DNA of 64,000 nt from Thecamonas trahens ATCC 50062 (GCF_000142905.1 NW_013657669.1:1-64000); one strand, 5' to 3'; shown: positions 42,258-53,941, counted from the stretch's first letter. Numbers and translations: made by a program. Notes: generated by a model from the letters alone, not told the origin.

Positions 42258-44195
42258 ATGACCGAGGTAGAGAGCAGCAGCAGCAGTGGGCTGATTGTAT
42301 CTGGGGCAGCCGCACGGCTTACGCCGTCGTCACCGCTGCCACCGACGTCGGGCGCCTTTGCCTATCTGAGGAGTACGACGGGCGAGTCGACGCGGCCAAG
42401 ACAGAGGCCGAGTACGAGTGGCGGGAGCGGAGAACGGGCTGTGAGCTCACCTGGATCGACTCGAAGGGAAAGGATGTCGCGGTCAAGCTCACATGGATTG
42501 GTCGGATCTCGGCCAGGCACGGGCGAGAGTCCTGGCCGACGTCGTCGGCGGCCTGGTCGGGATCAGGATGATGCTTCTCTGGCAAGTGGCCGATCGCCGG
42601 GGAGCGCCCGGAAGAGAAGAGGTCGTCCACAGACAGCAGCGGCGGCGCGGTCGAGAAAGATGACGCTAGCTGGAAGCGGAAGCTCGATCGGCTATCTTGA
42701 GAGCTCCAAGCCCAAGCGGGTGTCCTCGGCCCTAGCCGCCACCAGAGCGCTGCTTTCCGAGCGGCTGTCGCCAGGCAAGAGCGAGGCGTCGCCAGGAATC
42801 GAGCCGGCCCGCCCAACAACCGCCTCGCAGGCCCTCACAGCAGGGGCGAGGTCGTCTGGCGCTGCTGCTGGGCGGCCGGCATCGGTCATGTCACACCACC
42901 GGAAGCAGTGGTCTCCAGCACGAGCCCGCCGTTCGGACGGCGACGTGCCACTGCGGAGCGTGGCCCCGGCTGGCGAAAGTCCTGGCGATGGGAGCAGCGC
43001 CAAGGCCGACGACCCGACCTTTGTCTTTCGCAACGAGCGCGGCGAGACCGTGTCGAGCGGCACGCCGGCGATCCAAGCGTGGCTCCGCGACAATCCGGAC
43101 CCACCAGAGCCGCGATGGTATGTAGTTGATGCGCCGCCACCGCGGCCAGCCACAGTCTCAGGCTTTCGCCGGCCGGCGACGGCCAAGGGCGCAGTCGGCC
43201 GGAGCGCAGCAACCAAGTCGATTCCGATCTCAACCACGTACGAGTTTGCGCGGACCGCTCCGGTGGTGCGCCCGTCGACGGCCTCGCCGAGCTCTCGAGG
43301 TACAGCAGGTGGAGCCGGCGGCAGCTCGGGCGACTTTCGCTCCGACGCCATCGAGCTCGAGGTTGCGCTCCTCGACGCGCTGAGGAACTCGGGCGCCGAG
43401 AGCGAGGGCTCGTGCCGGATCCGGCGGACCGTGTACTCGCAGCTGTTCGAGGTCATCATCGAGCGAGTCCCGACGTACGCCCACCTGCTCAAGCTCATCA
43501 AGTCCGAGTATGACTCGGGCGATGTGCTGGACCAGAACCGCGAGGCCGAGATGCGCGAAGAGAAGGAGCTTGCCCAGCAAATCGCCGACGATGCCCGGAC
43601 CGAGCTGTGCGAGCTCACCAACGCCAACGCCCAACTCCGCGAGGAGATGTCGCTGCTTCGCGAGACAGAGGCTGCGCTTCTCTCCGAAATGGATGCCAAA
43701 GACGCCGAGATTCAGCACCTCAACGATCGGCTGCTCCAGCTCAACCCGCTCTGGCTCAAGCAACAGTCGTTCTACACCAAACTCCGCGAGATGGAGACCG
43801 ACCTGGAGTCAACCCTCGCCTCGGCGCTTGTCTCGGAGCCTGCTGCCGACGAGAAGCCCGAGTTGACCGCCGAAGAGCTTGATGCTGCCGACATCGAGAC
43901 TCTGGTGGCGCTCTCGACCCAGCCGGTGCCGGACCACGTGGTGGCCCGCCTCCACACCCTTGAGGACCGCGTTTTCCAGCTCCAGACCGAGGTCGACCTT
44001 GCTCGCAAGCGCGAACGCGAGGTTTACGCTGATCTCCTCCGCCACAAGCAACTCGCCGCCGGCCTGGACACCGATGGCGTCTTTGGCGGCGGTGGCGAGG
44101 CTGCGTCTAGCGATGGCGAGGCCAGCGGTGCTAGCGCAGACGTCGGCCTTGATGACCACGACCTGGCGTCGTCAGCCTCGACTTCATCGAGTTGA
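42258..44195 (+). CDS. Coiled-coil protein with TSNAXIP1_N / C6orf118-like domain
   Basis: RRTVYSQLFEVIIERVPTYAHLLKLIKSEYD followed by a long coiled coil; disordered N-terminus with RP[ST][TS]A motifs. Confidence 0.65.
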   Translation: MTEVESSSSSGLIVSGAAARLTPSSPLPPTSGAFAYLRSTTGESTRPRQRPSTSGGSGERAVSSPGSTRRERMSRSSSHGLVGSRPGTGESPGRRRRRPGRDQDDASLASGRSPGSARKRRGRPQTAAAARSRKMTLAGSGSSIGYLESSKPKRVSSALAATRALLSERLSPGKSEASPGIEPARPTTASQALTAGARSSGAAAGRPASVMSHHRKQWSPARARRSDGDVPLRSVAPAGESPGDGSSAKADDPTFVFRNERGETVSSGTPAIQAWLRDNPDPPEPRWYVVDAPPPRPATVSGFRRPATAKGAVGRSAATKSIPISTTYEFARTAPVVRPSTASPSSRGTAGGAGGSSGDFRSDAIELEVALLDALRNSGAESEGSCRIRRTVYSQLFEVIIERVPTYAHLLKLIKSEYDSGDVLDQNREAEMREEKELAQQIADDARTELCELTNANAQLREEMSLLRETEAALLSEMDAKDAEIQHLNDRLLQLNPLWLKQQSFYTKLREMETDLESTLASALVSEPAADEKPELTAEELDAADIETLVALSTQPVPDHVVARLHTLEDRVFQLQTEVDLARKREREVYADLLRHKQLAAGLDTDGVFGGGGEAASSDGEASGASADVGLDDHDLASSASTSSS

Positions 44196-44361
44196 GCTCG
44201 CGGTGCAACTCCAGCTCTATGCAAGACGCATGATGCGCATCCGATGCCTAGACTGCACTGCCCTTGCCTTGCCACCGGCCTCGGGCCGAAGCCTGACCAT
44301 AAGCAGCCGTGATCTCTCCCTCAGCCTCTGGCCTTGACACCCGTCTCCCCGCTCGCCGACC

Positions 44362-45298
44362 ATGGCACTGTCGTCCTCGCAGAGCTCCTGGGGACTCAAG
44401 GGCCACTCTGGAGCTGCAGTGCAGAACAATGTACGTATGTAGGATACGACGACCACCCCCCATTCTCTCTCCCAACCATCTGGTCTCTCATACACGCCAT
44501 ATGTCAATAAGTGGATGTGTACGGGTGCTGGCATGGGGAGAGTGACCGTGTGTGTGGTGATTCTACATTTTGGGCGCGTTGGCTGGTGTTGGGGGTCAAG
44601 AGGGCCAAGGCGGGAGGGACGAGGGGGAGGGGTGTACAGAGCATGGAGAACACGCACACGGAGAGAGAGAGAGTGTGTGTGTGTGAGGTAACATACTAAC
44701 GCATGTGTGTATGCAGGACATTGAGGCGTTGAAGCAGGCGTGGTTGAATGAGAAGTTCTCGCCGCATGTGCTCATCTTTGAAGACGCGCTGGTGGCAAGA
44801 GTCAGCGAGGACGTCAAGGAGCAGGAGGATGTGGTGGCCGGGGAACTGGATGACGGGGCTACCTTTATGACCCGACTCAAGCAACTGGAGCTCGAGAGGG
44901 TCAAGTACTTGCTGAGAAGCTATTATCGAACGAGGTTGAGGAAGATCGAGAAGTTCTGCATGTACATCCTCAAGAATCCCGTCGTCCGCACAAGGCTCTC
45001 GCCGGCAGAGCTGGAGTACACTCAGAGATACGTCGATCTCATGGCGGAGCATCTCAACGAGTCCTTCCTCAACGGTCTCCCGGAGAAGCTCCGTGATCTG
45101 ACTACCCAGGATGCAGAAGACGACATGATTCCGGCGCCCAACTTTGATACCCATGTCTTCTGCAAGGTCGTCGACACCATCGGCACCTTTCAGCTCGATC
45201 AGGACTCGTCGGTGGATCTGGAGGAGGGCGAGTTGTACCTTCTGCCCTTCAAGCCCATCCGCGACCTCCTCCTGGACCAGTCTATCATTTTGATCTGA
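44362..45298 (+). CDS. SLD5: GINS complex subunit Sld5; intron 44431-44716
   Basis: AWLNEKFSPHVL, ELERVKYLLRSYYRTRLRKIEKF, MIPAPNFDTHVF; gtacgt donor, TACTAAC branch point at 44694-44700. Confidence 0.93.
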
Positions 45299-46349
45299 CC
45301 ACTCGCCCGCGGCCCGAGCCCTCGACGCCCCTCCCGTTCATCCGATCGCCGAGATCGCCGACTCGCTCGCCCTCCCGCTCGCCCGTTCTCCCAACTGCCT
45401 CCTCATCCATCACCCGCCATCCCTCACACCTTATGGGCTCGTAGCAACGCATCACACCCTCTTGTCCGTCTGCCACCTCCCATCAAATCAATCCCTCCCT
45501 CCCCCTTCCCGCCACCCTTACCAAGTTGACTAAGTTGGCTGACACGAGGGAAATCGTCGTGACTGTGGCCGATGCCGACATCATGACTCACCATCGCCGC
45601 CTTCAGCCATCGCCTTCAGCCGTCGCGCTCGCCATCGCCACAGCCACAAACCGGTACCTCCACCCGGCGGCAGCCACCAAGACCACCACTCTGTCAGCAC
45701 CCGACTCCTTCCTCCACGGTCTCCCGGAGAAGCTCCGTGATCTGACTACCCAGGATGCAGAAGACGACATGATTCCGGCGCCCAACTTTGATACCCATGT
45801 CTTCTGCAAGGTCGTCGACACCATCGGCACCTTTCAGCTCGATCAGGACTCGTCGGTGGATCTGGAGGAGGGCGAGTTGTACCTTCTGCCCTTCAAGCCC
45901 ATCCGCGACCTCCTCCTGGACCAGTCTATCATTTTGATCTGACCACTCGCCCGCGGCCCGAGCCCTCGACGCCCCTCCCGTTCATCCGATCGCCGAGATC
46001 GCCGACTCGCTCGCCCTCCCGCTCGCCCGTTCTCCCAACTGCCTCCTCATCCATCACCCGCCATCCCTCGCACCTTATGGGCTCGTAGCAACGCACCACA
46101 CCCTCTTGTCCGTCTGCCACCTCCCATCAAATCAATCCCTCCCTCCCCCTTCCCGCCACCCTTACCAAGTTGACTAAGTTGGCTGACACGAGGGAAATCG
46201 TCGTGACTGTGGCCGATGCCGACATCATGACTCACCATCGCCGCCTTCAGCCATCGCCTCCAGCCGTCGCGCTCGCCATCGCCACAGCCACAAACCGGTA
46301 CCTCCACCCGGCGGCAGCCACCAAGACCACCACTCTGTCAGCACCCGAC
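45062..46349. repeat. 644-bp direct tandem duplication (45062-45705 and 45706-46349)
   Basis: The SLD5 3' end and the downstream intergenic region are repeated; about 4 substitutions seen by eye. Confidence 0.95.
45583..45942 (+). pseudogene. Chimeric partial SLD5 copy (C-terminal ~78 aa) created by the duplication
   Basis: In-frame ATG at 45583 (MTHHRR...) reads into SFLHGLPEKLRDL...DQSIILI*. Confidence 0.55.
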
Positions 46350-46365
46350 TCCCCAAGGCGACTTG

Positions 46366-46451
46366 ATGGCGACCGACGACGGGCAGCAGCCGACGACATG
46401 CATTGTTGTGGGCATGGCCGGTTCTGGCAAGACAACCCTTCTTCAGGTAGG

Positions 46452-46533
<82 letters not shown>

Positions 46534-47670
46534 TGTATGCCCGTGTGTGTGTGCGTGTGTGGATGGGGCATGATGGCTGGGCGAGATGATGGATGAGTGG
46601 GTGGGGGTGGGTATGGGCATGGAATGACTTATGAATGGTCATGGTCATGGTTATGGTCATGGTTATGGGTGTGGACATGGTTATGTGAATGGGGATAGAG
46701 AATCAATGCGTATATGCATGAGAAGGAGGTCGATGGGTACATGATCAATCTGGATCCGGCCGTGGCCAACGTTCCCTATGGCGTCAACATTGATATCCGT
46801 GATACGGTCAACTACAAAGAGGTGATGAAGCAGTATGGTCTCGGTCCTAACGGAGGCATTCTTACCTCGCTCAATCTCTTTGCCACTAGGTTTGATCAGG
46901 TGCTTTCGTTCCTCGAGTCGAAGGAGAAGCTCGAGAATGTGTTCATCGACACGCCGGGGCAGATCGAGGTCTTCACCTGGTCGGCCTCGGGCTCTATCAT
47001 CACCACTACCCTCGCGGCTTCATTCCCCACGGTCCTGCTGTATGTGGTGGACACGCCGCGGACGGTGGCGCCGGCAACGTTCATGTCCAACATGCTTTAC
47101 GCCTGCTCCATCCTGTACAAGTCCAAGCTCCCGTTTGTGATGGCGTTCAACAAGGCCGACATTGTCGACGCCGAGAAGCCGATCTCGTGGATGACCGACT
47201 TTGAGGCCTTCCAGGAGGAGCTCCTTGCCCACGAGTCGATGTCGTCGGAGCTTGTTCGCTCCATGTCGCTGGTGCTGGAGGAGTTCTACAACCACTTTAC
47301 CGCCGTCGGCGTCTCGGCCGTCACTGGGGAGGGCATGCCCGAGCTGTTCGAGGCCCTTGCCGCCGCCCGTGCCGAGTACTACGCCGACTACAAGCCCGCG
47401 CTCGACAAGACCATTGCCGAGCGAGCCGCTGCCTCTGCTGACGAGCGCGCCGCCGCCCTTGCCCGCCTCAAGACCGACATCGAGGCCGCCGACGGTCTCG
47501 ACCGCGCCGATCCGGCCACGCTTGCTGCTGACGCCTCCCCCGATGTCACACCACCGGCCGTCTCCATGTCCTACGCTCAGGCTGCACAAGCTGCACAGGC
47601 TACCCAGCCGCGGCGTGTCGCCACCCCCACCGTCGACGACAATGCCGACGATCTCGAGATGCCCGGCTAG
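46366..47670 (+). CDS. GPN1: GPN-loop GTPase 1 (XAB1/Npa3); intron 46447-46698
   Basis: [14 protein letters not shown]|[40 protein letters not shown]. Confidence 0.96.
46456..46531. repeat. (GT)n microsatellite in the GPN1 intron
   Basis: Long perfect GT run. Confidence 0.95.
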
Positions 47671-47934
47671 TATTGAACAACTTCCCCCCCCCCCCCCCCC
47701 CCTCTCCCCTTGTCTCGTTTCCTCGTCCAAATCCTCCTCAGGCTGCTGCCATCACCATCATCATCATCATCATCATCGCCATCCTCTCCCACGCTTCCAG
47801 CATGTTGCACAGTCCTGCCAAGCCAGCTCACCACTCGGCCGAGTCGGCGCCGCCATGGCCGATCCCCCCCCTTGTCCTACCTTTGCCCAACCCAGTCAGC
47901 GAGTCACAGCCCACACTCGTCGCACATCCAGGCC

Positions 47935-49144
47935 ATGCACCTCGCACGCGCCACCCTGCGTAGCGTACGTAACATAGAACATGTGATGTGTGTCTGTGGT
48001 TGAAGGGAGAGGCGCATTGTCCATGAGTGTGGTAAGCGGTGGGGAGCGGTGGGGAAGCCGAGCGGGTGACGGACGACCATCCCGCGAGGAGAGGGAGGCG
48101 AGGACTAACAAGGGGGTATGGGGGATACAGAACACACTGCGTGGGCTGGGACGACTTAGCTCGACTTGGCAGCCGAAGCATTTGGAGGGAGTGGCTGGGA
48201 ATGGAGAGGATGGCATGGAAGTGGCACTGGCTACTGATGCTGGTCTCTCGGATGGTCATGTCGGGTGGAGCAAGGACGCGTACGAGGCGCCGGTCTTTGA
48301 TCTGGCTAATGCCGCCATCAAGGGCGTGGTCAAGCTGGATCCTGTCCTCTTTGGCACTCCGCTGAGGAAGGATCTCATCCACAGAACCGTCCGCTGGCAG
48401 ATGGCAAAGCGCCGCTCCGGAGTGGCCAAGACAAAGTCGCGCGGTGAAGTCCGTGGCTCTAACCGCAAGGCCTTCAAGCAGAAGGGCTCGGGGAGGGCTC
48501 GCCGTGGTCCGGTCCGCAAGGCCCCGCACATCCGTGGCGGTGGTGTGGCCTTTGGAAAGCAGATTCGGTCCTTTGCCTTTGCGCTCAACAAAAAGGTCCG
48601 CGCTGCCGCGCTCCGCTCTGTTCTGGCCAACAAGTACGCTGCCGACGCGCTGTTTGTGGTCGACTCGCTCGACCTGCCGGCGGCCAAGACTCGCGAGGCC
48701 AAGGCCGCGCTCGCCAAGCTGGGCATCTCGTCGGCGGTCGTCATCGACCCTGCGTTCCAGGCCCGCTGGGAGGGCGAGAGCCTCAACCCGCTGACCCAGT
48801 TTGAGCTTGCCTCGCGCAACCTCCACACCGTCACCCTCCTCCCGCCGCTCGGCGCCAACGTGTACGATCTGGTCAAGCACGACGCGCTCATCATCACGCC
48901 GGCCGGCCTAGTTGACCTCGAGGACCGCCTGCGGCCCGAGGAGCCGCTACGCGGCTACAAGTACGGCTACATCCTCGACGACATGGCCGCCGCCAGGCCC
49001 GCCGCCGACGCCGCCGGGTCCGCCGCCGTCCCGGACCTCGACGCCGAGCCGGTTGTCGACGCTGCCGCCGACGTCGACACCGACCTGCACGACCTGCAGG
49101 ACGTTGCCGCCGAGGCCAAGGCCTCATCGTCGAGCTCACAGTAA
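47935..49144 (+). CDS. MRPL4: Mitochondrial ribosomal protein uL4m; intron 47965-48130
   Basis: Spliced presequence MHLARATLRS|NTLRGLGRLSS; RKDLIHRTVRWQ, KSRGEVRGSNRKAFKQKGSGRARRG, RGGGVAFG. Confidence 0.92.
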
Positions 49145-49177
49145 AACGCTCACAACTCGCCGCGGCGGGTCACCGAT

Positions 49178-50164
49178 TTACTTCTTCTTGCTCTTGGCCT
49201 TGGCCTTGGCCTTGTCTTTCGACTTGGCCTTGTCCTTCGACTTGGCCTTGTCCTTCGACTTGGCCTTGTTCTTCGACTTGGCCTTGTCCTTCGACTTGGC
49301 TTTGTTGGCGAGCGTGTCGTCGGCGACAGCCATGGGCGCGACGTCGTCGTCGTCGTCGCCGTCAGTGTGCACCGGCTCGGCATCATCGTCAGCGCCAGAG
49401 CTGGCGGCAGGCTTGGCCTTCGACGTGAGGAGCTTGGCACGCTTGGTCTCGCGAGCAAAGACCATGCTTGGGTCGTCGTCGTCGTCGTCGTCATCGTTGC
49501 CCTCGCTCGCGGCGACCTTGGCGCTAGCAGCGGCGGTGTCGTCGTCCGAGTCGACAAACGTCTTGCGGGTGGTGATGGCTGGGGCGCCATCATGGCCGCG
49601 CTTGAGCGACGGAACAACCGGGGCGAGGGCGTCGCGGCCGTTGCGGACGACGGCTTCCTCGGGCGGGATGCCCTTGAGCGAGCCCTCGATGACCATGATG
49701 GCGGCCGAGGGCGTGATGGACGAGACAGTGAATGAGAGCAGGGCGCCCTCGGAGACAACGACGTCCATGCCGCGGACGGCCCAGGCATCGTCGTCGGCAT
49801 CGTAGTACCACTCGTCAAGAGCGATGGCACTCGCCGGAATGGCGGCGTTGAAGACGCCGTAAGCGAGGAGGCCGATGTGATCCGAGGAGACCTTGTTGAC
49901 GGTTCCGGTCAGACGCTGACCGACGACAGGAGCAAAGATGCAAAAGTCAACATTGATCTTGATGCACATGTCCGCCGGATCAACAATGCGGGCACCATAG
50001 TTGAGCAGGCGGAGGTTGGAGTAGGCGATGGGAACGCCAGCGAGTCGCTCCGAGTACTTGAGAATGAACGAGTTGAGACGAGCGAGGATGCCATCCTTGA
50101 CCGAAGCCGCATAGACGGGAGGAATGTACAACGTCAACGTTGTTGGGCTTGTATGAAAGGCCAT
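49178..50164 (-). CDS. RPA43: RNA polymerase I subunit RPA43 with (KAKSKD)n tail
   Basis: LKYSERLAGVPIAYSNL, FAPVVGQRLTGTVNKVSSDHIGLLAYGVFNAAI; acidic then Lys-rich tail. Confidence 0.88.
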   Translation of the reverse strand: MAFHTSPTTLTLYIPPVYAASVKDGILARLNSFILKYSERLAGVPIAYSNLRLLNYGARIVDPADMCIKINVDFCIFAPVVGQRLTGTVNKVSSDHIGLLAYGVFNAAIPASAIALDEWYYDADDDAWAVRGMDVVVSEGALLSFTVSSITPSAAIMVIEGSLKGIPPEEAVVRNGRDALAPVVPSLKRGHDGAPAITTRKTFVDSDDDTAAASAKVAASEGNDDDDDDDDPSMVFARETKRAKLLTSKAKPAASSGADDDAEPVHTDGDDDDDVAPMAVADDTLANKAKSKDKAKSKNKAKSKDKAKSKDKAKSKDKAKAKAKSKKK

Positions 50165-50957
50165 AATGTGCTTCACCTTTCTATTCTTTCAGATCTCTTC
50201 AAATCAATCTCTATCTCCTTCCCTTGCCTCGGCACTACACTCAGCACCTCCTCAACCGTGGATGCAAAGGGGGATGGGCTGTGGCTTGGCTGGCTCGTCA
50301 CCAACTGCTGCCGCTGCGATACCTTGTACAACACAGACTCTGATTGTCTTGCTTCCTCAATCACAGACAATGCTACTAGACTCTTGATCACTTCACGCCC
50401 TGCAAAGTGTGTCCACAAAGTGCCGTGTGCCTCTCTCTCACCCCTGTCCGCCCCTCCCAGCCCCACTCCCGCAATGCCTCCGGAGATGGCGACAGCTGGC
50501 CGATCCGACGCTGTCATGGGCCTTTGGGGGAGGGGGGACCCAGGTGGAGCTGGAGGGTGGGATGGCGAAGCTAGGGCATTGAGAATGAGGATAGAGGAGC
50601 TGTGGTGGGTGAGAAAGGGTGTATAGAGTCTGGTGGGAGGGGGGGATTGCGTAGATGGGGAGATCAGGGCGAATAGAGGTGGATGATGGGGAGGCTGATC
50701 AAGAGGAGAGGGGGGTGAGACGCAGCTGGGGGATGCGATCGGAGGAGTTTGGGGAATGGGGATCGGCATGGATGGTTGGTGACGGCGGTGATGGTAGTGG
50801 TGGTGGTGGTGATGGTGGTGGCGGGGGATGACTCCCACTCGCGATCAGGTGCCCGTCCTTGCAGCCGGGAGAACAACCGAACCCTTGACGGTACGGTCAT
50901 TCGGACGCGTTGGCGCGCGTCTCAAAGTGAACAGCTGCTCATGCCGCACACGTCGCT

Positions 50958-51296
50958 ATGGACCAAGAGTGGCGAGTTGTGGAGAACGGCCAGCCGCGAT
51001 CAGATGCCCTCGAGGTGGCCCGTGGCGCCATCGATGCGATCGTTGCCTGTCGCGTGGCGGACATCGCAGACATCGCCTGCGTCTACACCTGCGGCGCCGA
51101 CGCCAATGTCGAGCTGACAACTCGCTGGGCAAAGCAAGTAGTGGAGGACATGCGGCCACTGCTTGCTGTTCTCCTCGACTGCTCCGCCGATGGTAGCGCC
51201 GCTGATCTCCACACACACTGCCTGGCAAGATCACGCTCTCTTCGGCCATCCCGCCTTCCTTACGAGACTCTGACAGCCACCAGGACGAAGCGCTAG
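50958..51296 (+). CDS. Possible small hypothetical protein or last exon of an unresolved gene
   Basis: 112-aa ORF with protein-like composition in an otherwise unexplained 1.4-kb gap; no motif recognised. Confidence 0.3.
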   Translation: MDQEWRVVENGQPRSDALEVARGAIDAIVACRVADIADIACVYTCGADANVELTTRWAKQVVEDMRPLLAVLLDCSADGSAADLHTHCLARSRSLRPSRLPYETLTATRTKR

Positions 51297-51626
51297 AGGT
51301 TGAGCTCTGGTGGTCAGGCTCAGTCTTTCCTCACGCCGACGGCCGCCAATGGACGGCGACCCAGATCGTGGCCGCGCTCGCCTTCGACTTGGCTGCTGGC
51401 TCTTTCTTGTACGACATCCGCCGCTCGCGCCCGGGCCATGCACAAACTACGGTCTCCAGTCAGCGGCCGGACATTGCTAGCTGGCGCCATCAAACGCAAC
51501 CCATCGCTGCCTCACCCCCTATCCAATTGTGAATGAGCTCTTCCCGCGCGCGCGAAAGCGTGTACGACTCGGGGAGCGGCCCGACACACCTCTCTCAGCG
51601 CAACACGACGGCAAGGCGGCCGCAAC

Positions 51627-53789
51627 ATGGACGGAGACCGGGTCAGAGTGGCTCAGCTGGCGCTGGCTTCTGGACAAAGCCGACAGCTAGAGGGTGGGGT
51701 GGTGGTAGGGCGGGTACTCCTCGTCTGGCCAACCACTGGGAGCGGGGCCGAGGCCGAGACCTCGTTCCTGCTGGAGGAAGTGACGGAGGGAGCGAGGACA
51801 CAAAGGGCACACGGCGCAAGCACATCGGCTCCATCGCCATCATCAGAGTTGCAAGTGGCACAGAGACTGAGGATACGATCGGTGTCGCTGATGGCTGAAG
51901 CGAGCGAAACAAGCGGGCCGAACCGAGTTCGGCTCATTGTCCGCGGCGCCTTTGCCCACAAGCTCGCCGGCGTAGTGGCCAAGAACGATGTGCTGGTGGT
52001 CCATCCGGTGCCCGCGGTGGCTATTGTGCCGCTGGAAGCAGGTGGAGGTGGCCCATCGGGAGGGCCGGGCAACCAGCACCGCAATTTGGCGCTGTGTATC
52101 TCGGACGATGAGCCCGAGAAGCGGGTGCTGGACGTTGTCATGGATGTGTTGCTGGCAGGACGGGAGAACCTGGTGATCAAGGTGACTCGAGGGAAGCTGA
52201 ACGAGTTGGACTCGCAGGCTGCGCTGATGCGGTCTGTCCTGGCTAACGACGAGGTTGAGACGGGCGGCGTCAGCGCGAGCGGAAAGCGCCGGCTAGCAGG
52301 CGACGGAGGAGGCACCGGGTCAGCGACCGGCGTCAAGCGCCGCAAGGTCATGACTCGCAGCTACCGGTACACACCGCTGGTCGAGGTGGCTGTGGGGATG
52401 GAGGCGCACGTCTACGGGGTGGTTGTTGCGCTCCGCGAGCCGCGGCAGACTCGCGGGTCAGACATGATGATGAGCCTCACGCTCCGCGACGACTCGAACA
52501 GCGACGCTGAGCTCTCGTCGCTGCGGATCAACGTGTTTGCGCCGCCGGGCGCACTGCCGCCGATTGCCGGTGTTGGCGACGTCGTCCGCATTCACCGACT
52601 CGACATCCAGCTCTTCCGTGGCTTCCGGCAGGGCTGCTCACGGAAGCGGACCTCGTTTGCGGTGTTTGACAAGGCTCTAGGTACGCCCATCGAGCCGCGC
52701 ACCCATCCGACGCTCACCATCAAGCACACCCTCAACGATGCCGACCGGGCGCGGGTCCGCGAGCTACGCGGCTGGTACGAAGCGCTCTGCACCGTCACAG
52801 CGCTTCCACGGGAGCTGGCTCCGCTCGCGCCGGCCAAGCACGCCGCAGGCAGCTGCCCCCGGGTCATGCTGGGCAATGTCAAGCCGGACGGAGGCGCGGT
52901 TTGCCTGGTCGTCCGCTTGGCGAGCGTCGATCTGGAAGCACAGACCGGGCTCGGCTGGGACGGCTCGCCGCCGCCGGGCCAGACGCGCCTGCTCGACGCG
53001 CGCCCCCTTGGCGCTGGCTTTCTCTCGCGGTGGTCGTTTGACCCGCTGCCGGCGCAGCGGCTGATCCTTAGTGAGCAGACGCGGCGGTGCCTGGGTGCGA
53101 TGGGTGCCGAGGCTGGCACGGACTCGTGGGTCGAGCTCCATGAGTGCCGGCTCGGCAGCGCCGGTGAGATGCTGGTCGATGGACCAGCGTACTCTGTCGA
53201 GCCGTCGAGCACCGCGGCGTCGACCTCGCGCTTTCTCCTCTGCCCGGAGCCGGGCGTGTGGCAGTGCAAGGCGGCTCCGAGCGCTACCAACCGTACCCGG
53301 CCGGTAGTCTCGCTGCGATCAGTGTTGGAGCGTGCGCGGAGTGAGCACGTCAAGGCGCGAGTTCTGGCGCGGGTTGTCGAAATCACGCCGGGCCCGCGCC
53401 AGGTCGAGGCTGCATGCGTCCCGCTCTGTCCGGCTTGCGGCGGTCTGGTGGAGCGCGCAAGTCCTGGCTCGAGCGGAACCTACGCCTGCGCCGCTTGCGA
53501 CATCGCTACGCTGGCCAAGCCGCAGCACACATACATGTTTGTGCTCCGGCTGGTCGACGCCTCGGCAGTTGCCGACGTTATCGCCTTTGACGATGACGCG
53601 CTCGCCCTCTTTCCTGGCCTCCCTGCCACCGACCTCACCGAGTCGAACGTGACCCGTGATGGGGTCCGTGAACGGATGACCGGCTTTCTCGCCGATGGTG
53701 CCTACCTCGACCTCTGTGTCTGTTCGTACGCCGACGGCGACGGGCACATCCGGTTCCGGATCTTTGGCACCCAGGGCATTGTCGGGTGA
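51627..53789 (+). CDS. POT1: Protection of telomeres 1 (POT1)-like OB-fold protein
   Basis: HVYGVVV...PRQTRGSDMMMSLTLRD...INVF...LPPIAGVGDVVRIHRLDIQLF (OB1); GWDGS (OB2); C-terminal OB with CPAC..CAAC and YMFVLRLVD...RFRIFGT. Confidence 0.88.
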   Translation: MDGDRVRVAQLALASGQSRQLEGGVVVGRVLLVWPTTGSGAEAETSFLLEEVTEGARTQRAHGASTSAPSPSSELQVAQRLRIRSVSLMAEASETSGPNRVRLIVRGAFAHKLAGVVAKNDVLVVHPVPAVAIVPLEAGGGGPSGGPGNQHRNLALCISDDEPEKRVLDVVMDVLLAGRENLVIKVTRGKLNELDSQAALMRSVLANDEVETGGVSASGKRRLAGDGGGTGSATGVKRRKVMTRSYRYTPLVEVAVGMEAHVYGVVVALREPRQTRGSDMMMSLTLRDDSNSDAELSSLRINVFAPPGALPPIAGVGDVVRIHRLDIQLFRGFRQGCSRKRTSFAVFDKALGTPIEPRTHPTLTIKHTLNDADRARVRELRGWYEALCTVTALPRELAPLAPAKHAAGSCPRVMLGNVKPDGGAVCLVVRLASVDLEAQTGLGWDGSPPPGQTRLLDARPLGAGFLSRWSFDPLPAQRLILSEQTRRCLGAMGAEAGTDSWVELHECRLGSAGEMLVDGPAYSVEPSSTAASTSRFLLCPEPGVWQCKAAPSATNRTRPVVSLRSVLERARSEHVKARVLARVVEITPGPRQVEAACVPLCPACGGLVERASPGSSGTYACAACDIATLAKPQHTYMFVLRLVDASAVADVIAFDDDALALFPGLPATDLTESNVTRDGVRERMTGFLADGAYLDLCVCSYADGDGHIRFRIFGTQGIVG

Positions 53790-53941
53790 TACCACGCGTT
53801 TACGCTCTGCGACGCGGACGACGCGGACGACATGGACGATGCGGCTGGCTACAGCCTCTCTCTCTCTCTCTCTCTTTCTCCACACACGCGCGCACACACA
53901 CTGGCCACAGACCAAATCGAACATGTGTTCATTGACACCCT

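Noticed and set aside
46170-46678. ORFs with (CV)n or (HT)n runs
   Set aside because: Translations of the intronic GT microsatellite.
37815-53789. Functional cluster of replication and telomere genes (TIPIN, SLD5, POT1)
   Set aside because: Interspersed with unrelated housekeeping genes; chance is sufficient without synteny evidence.
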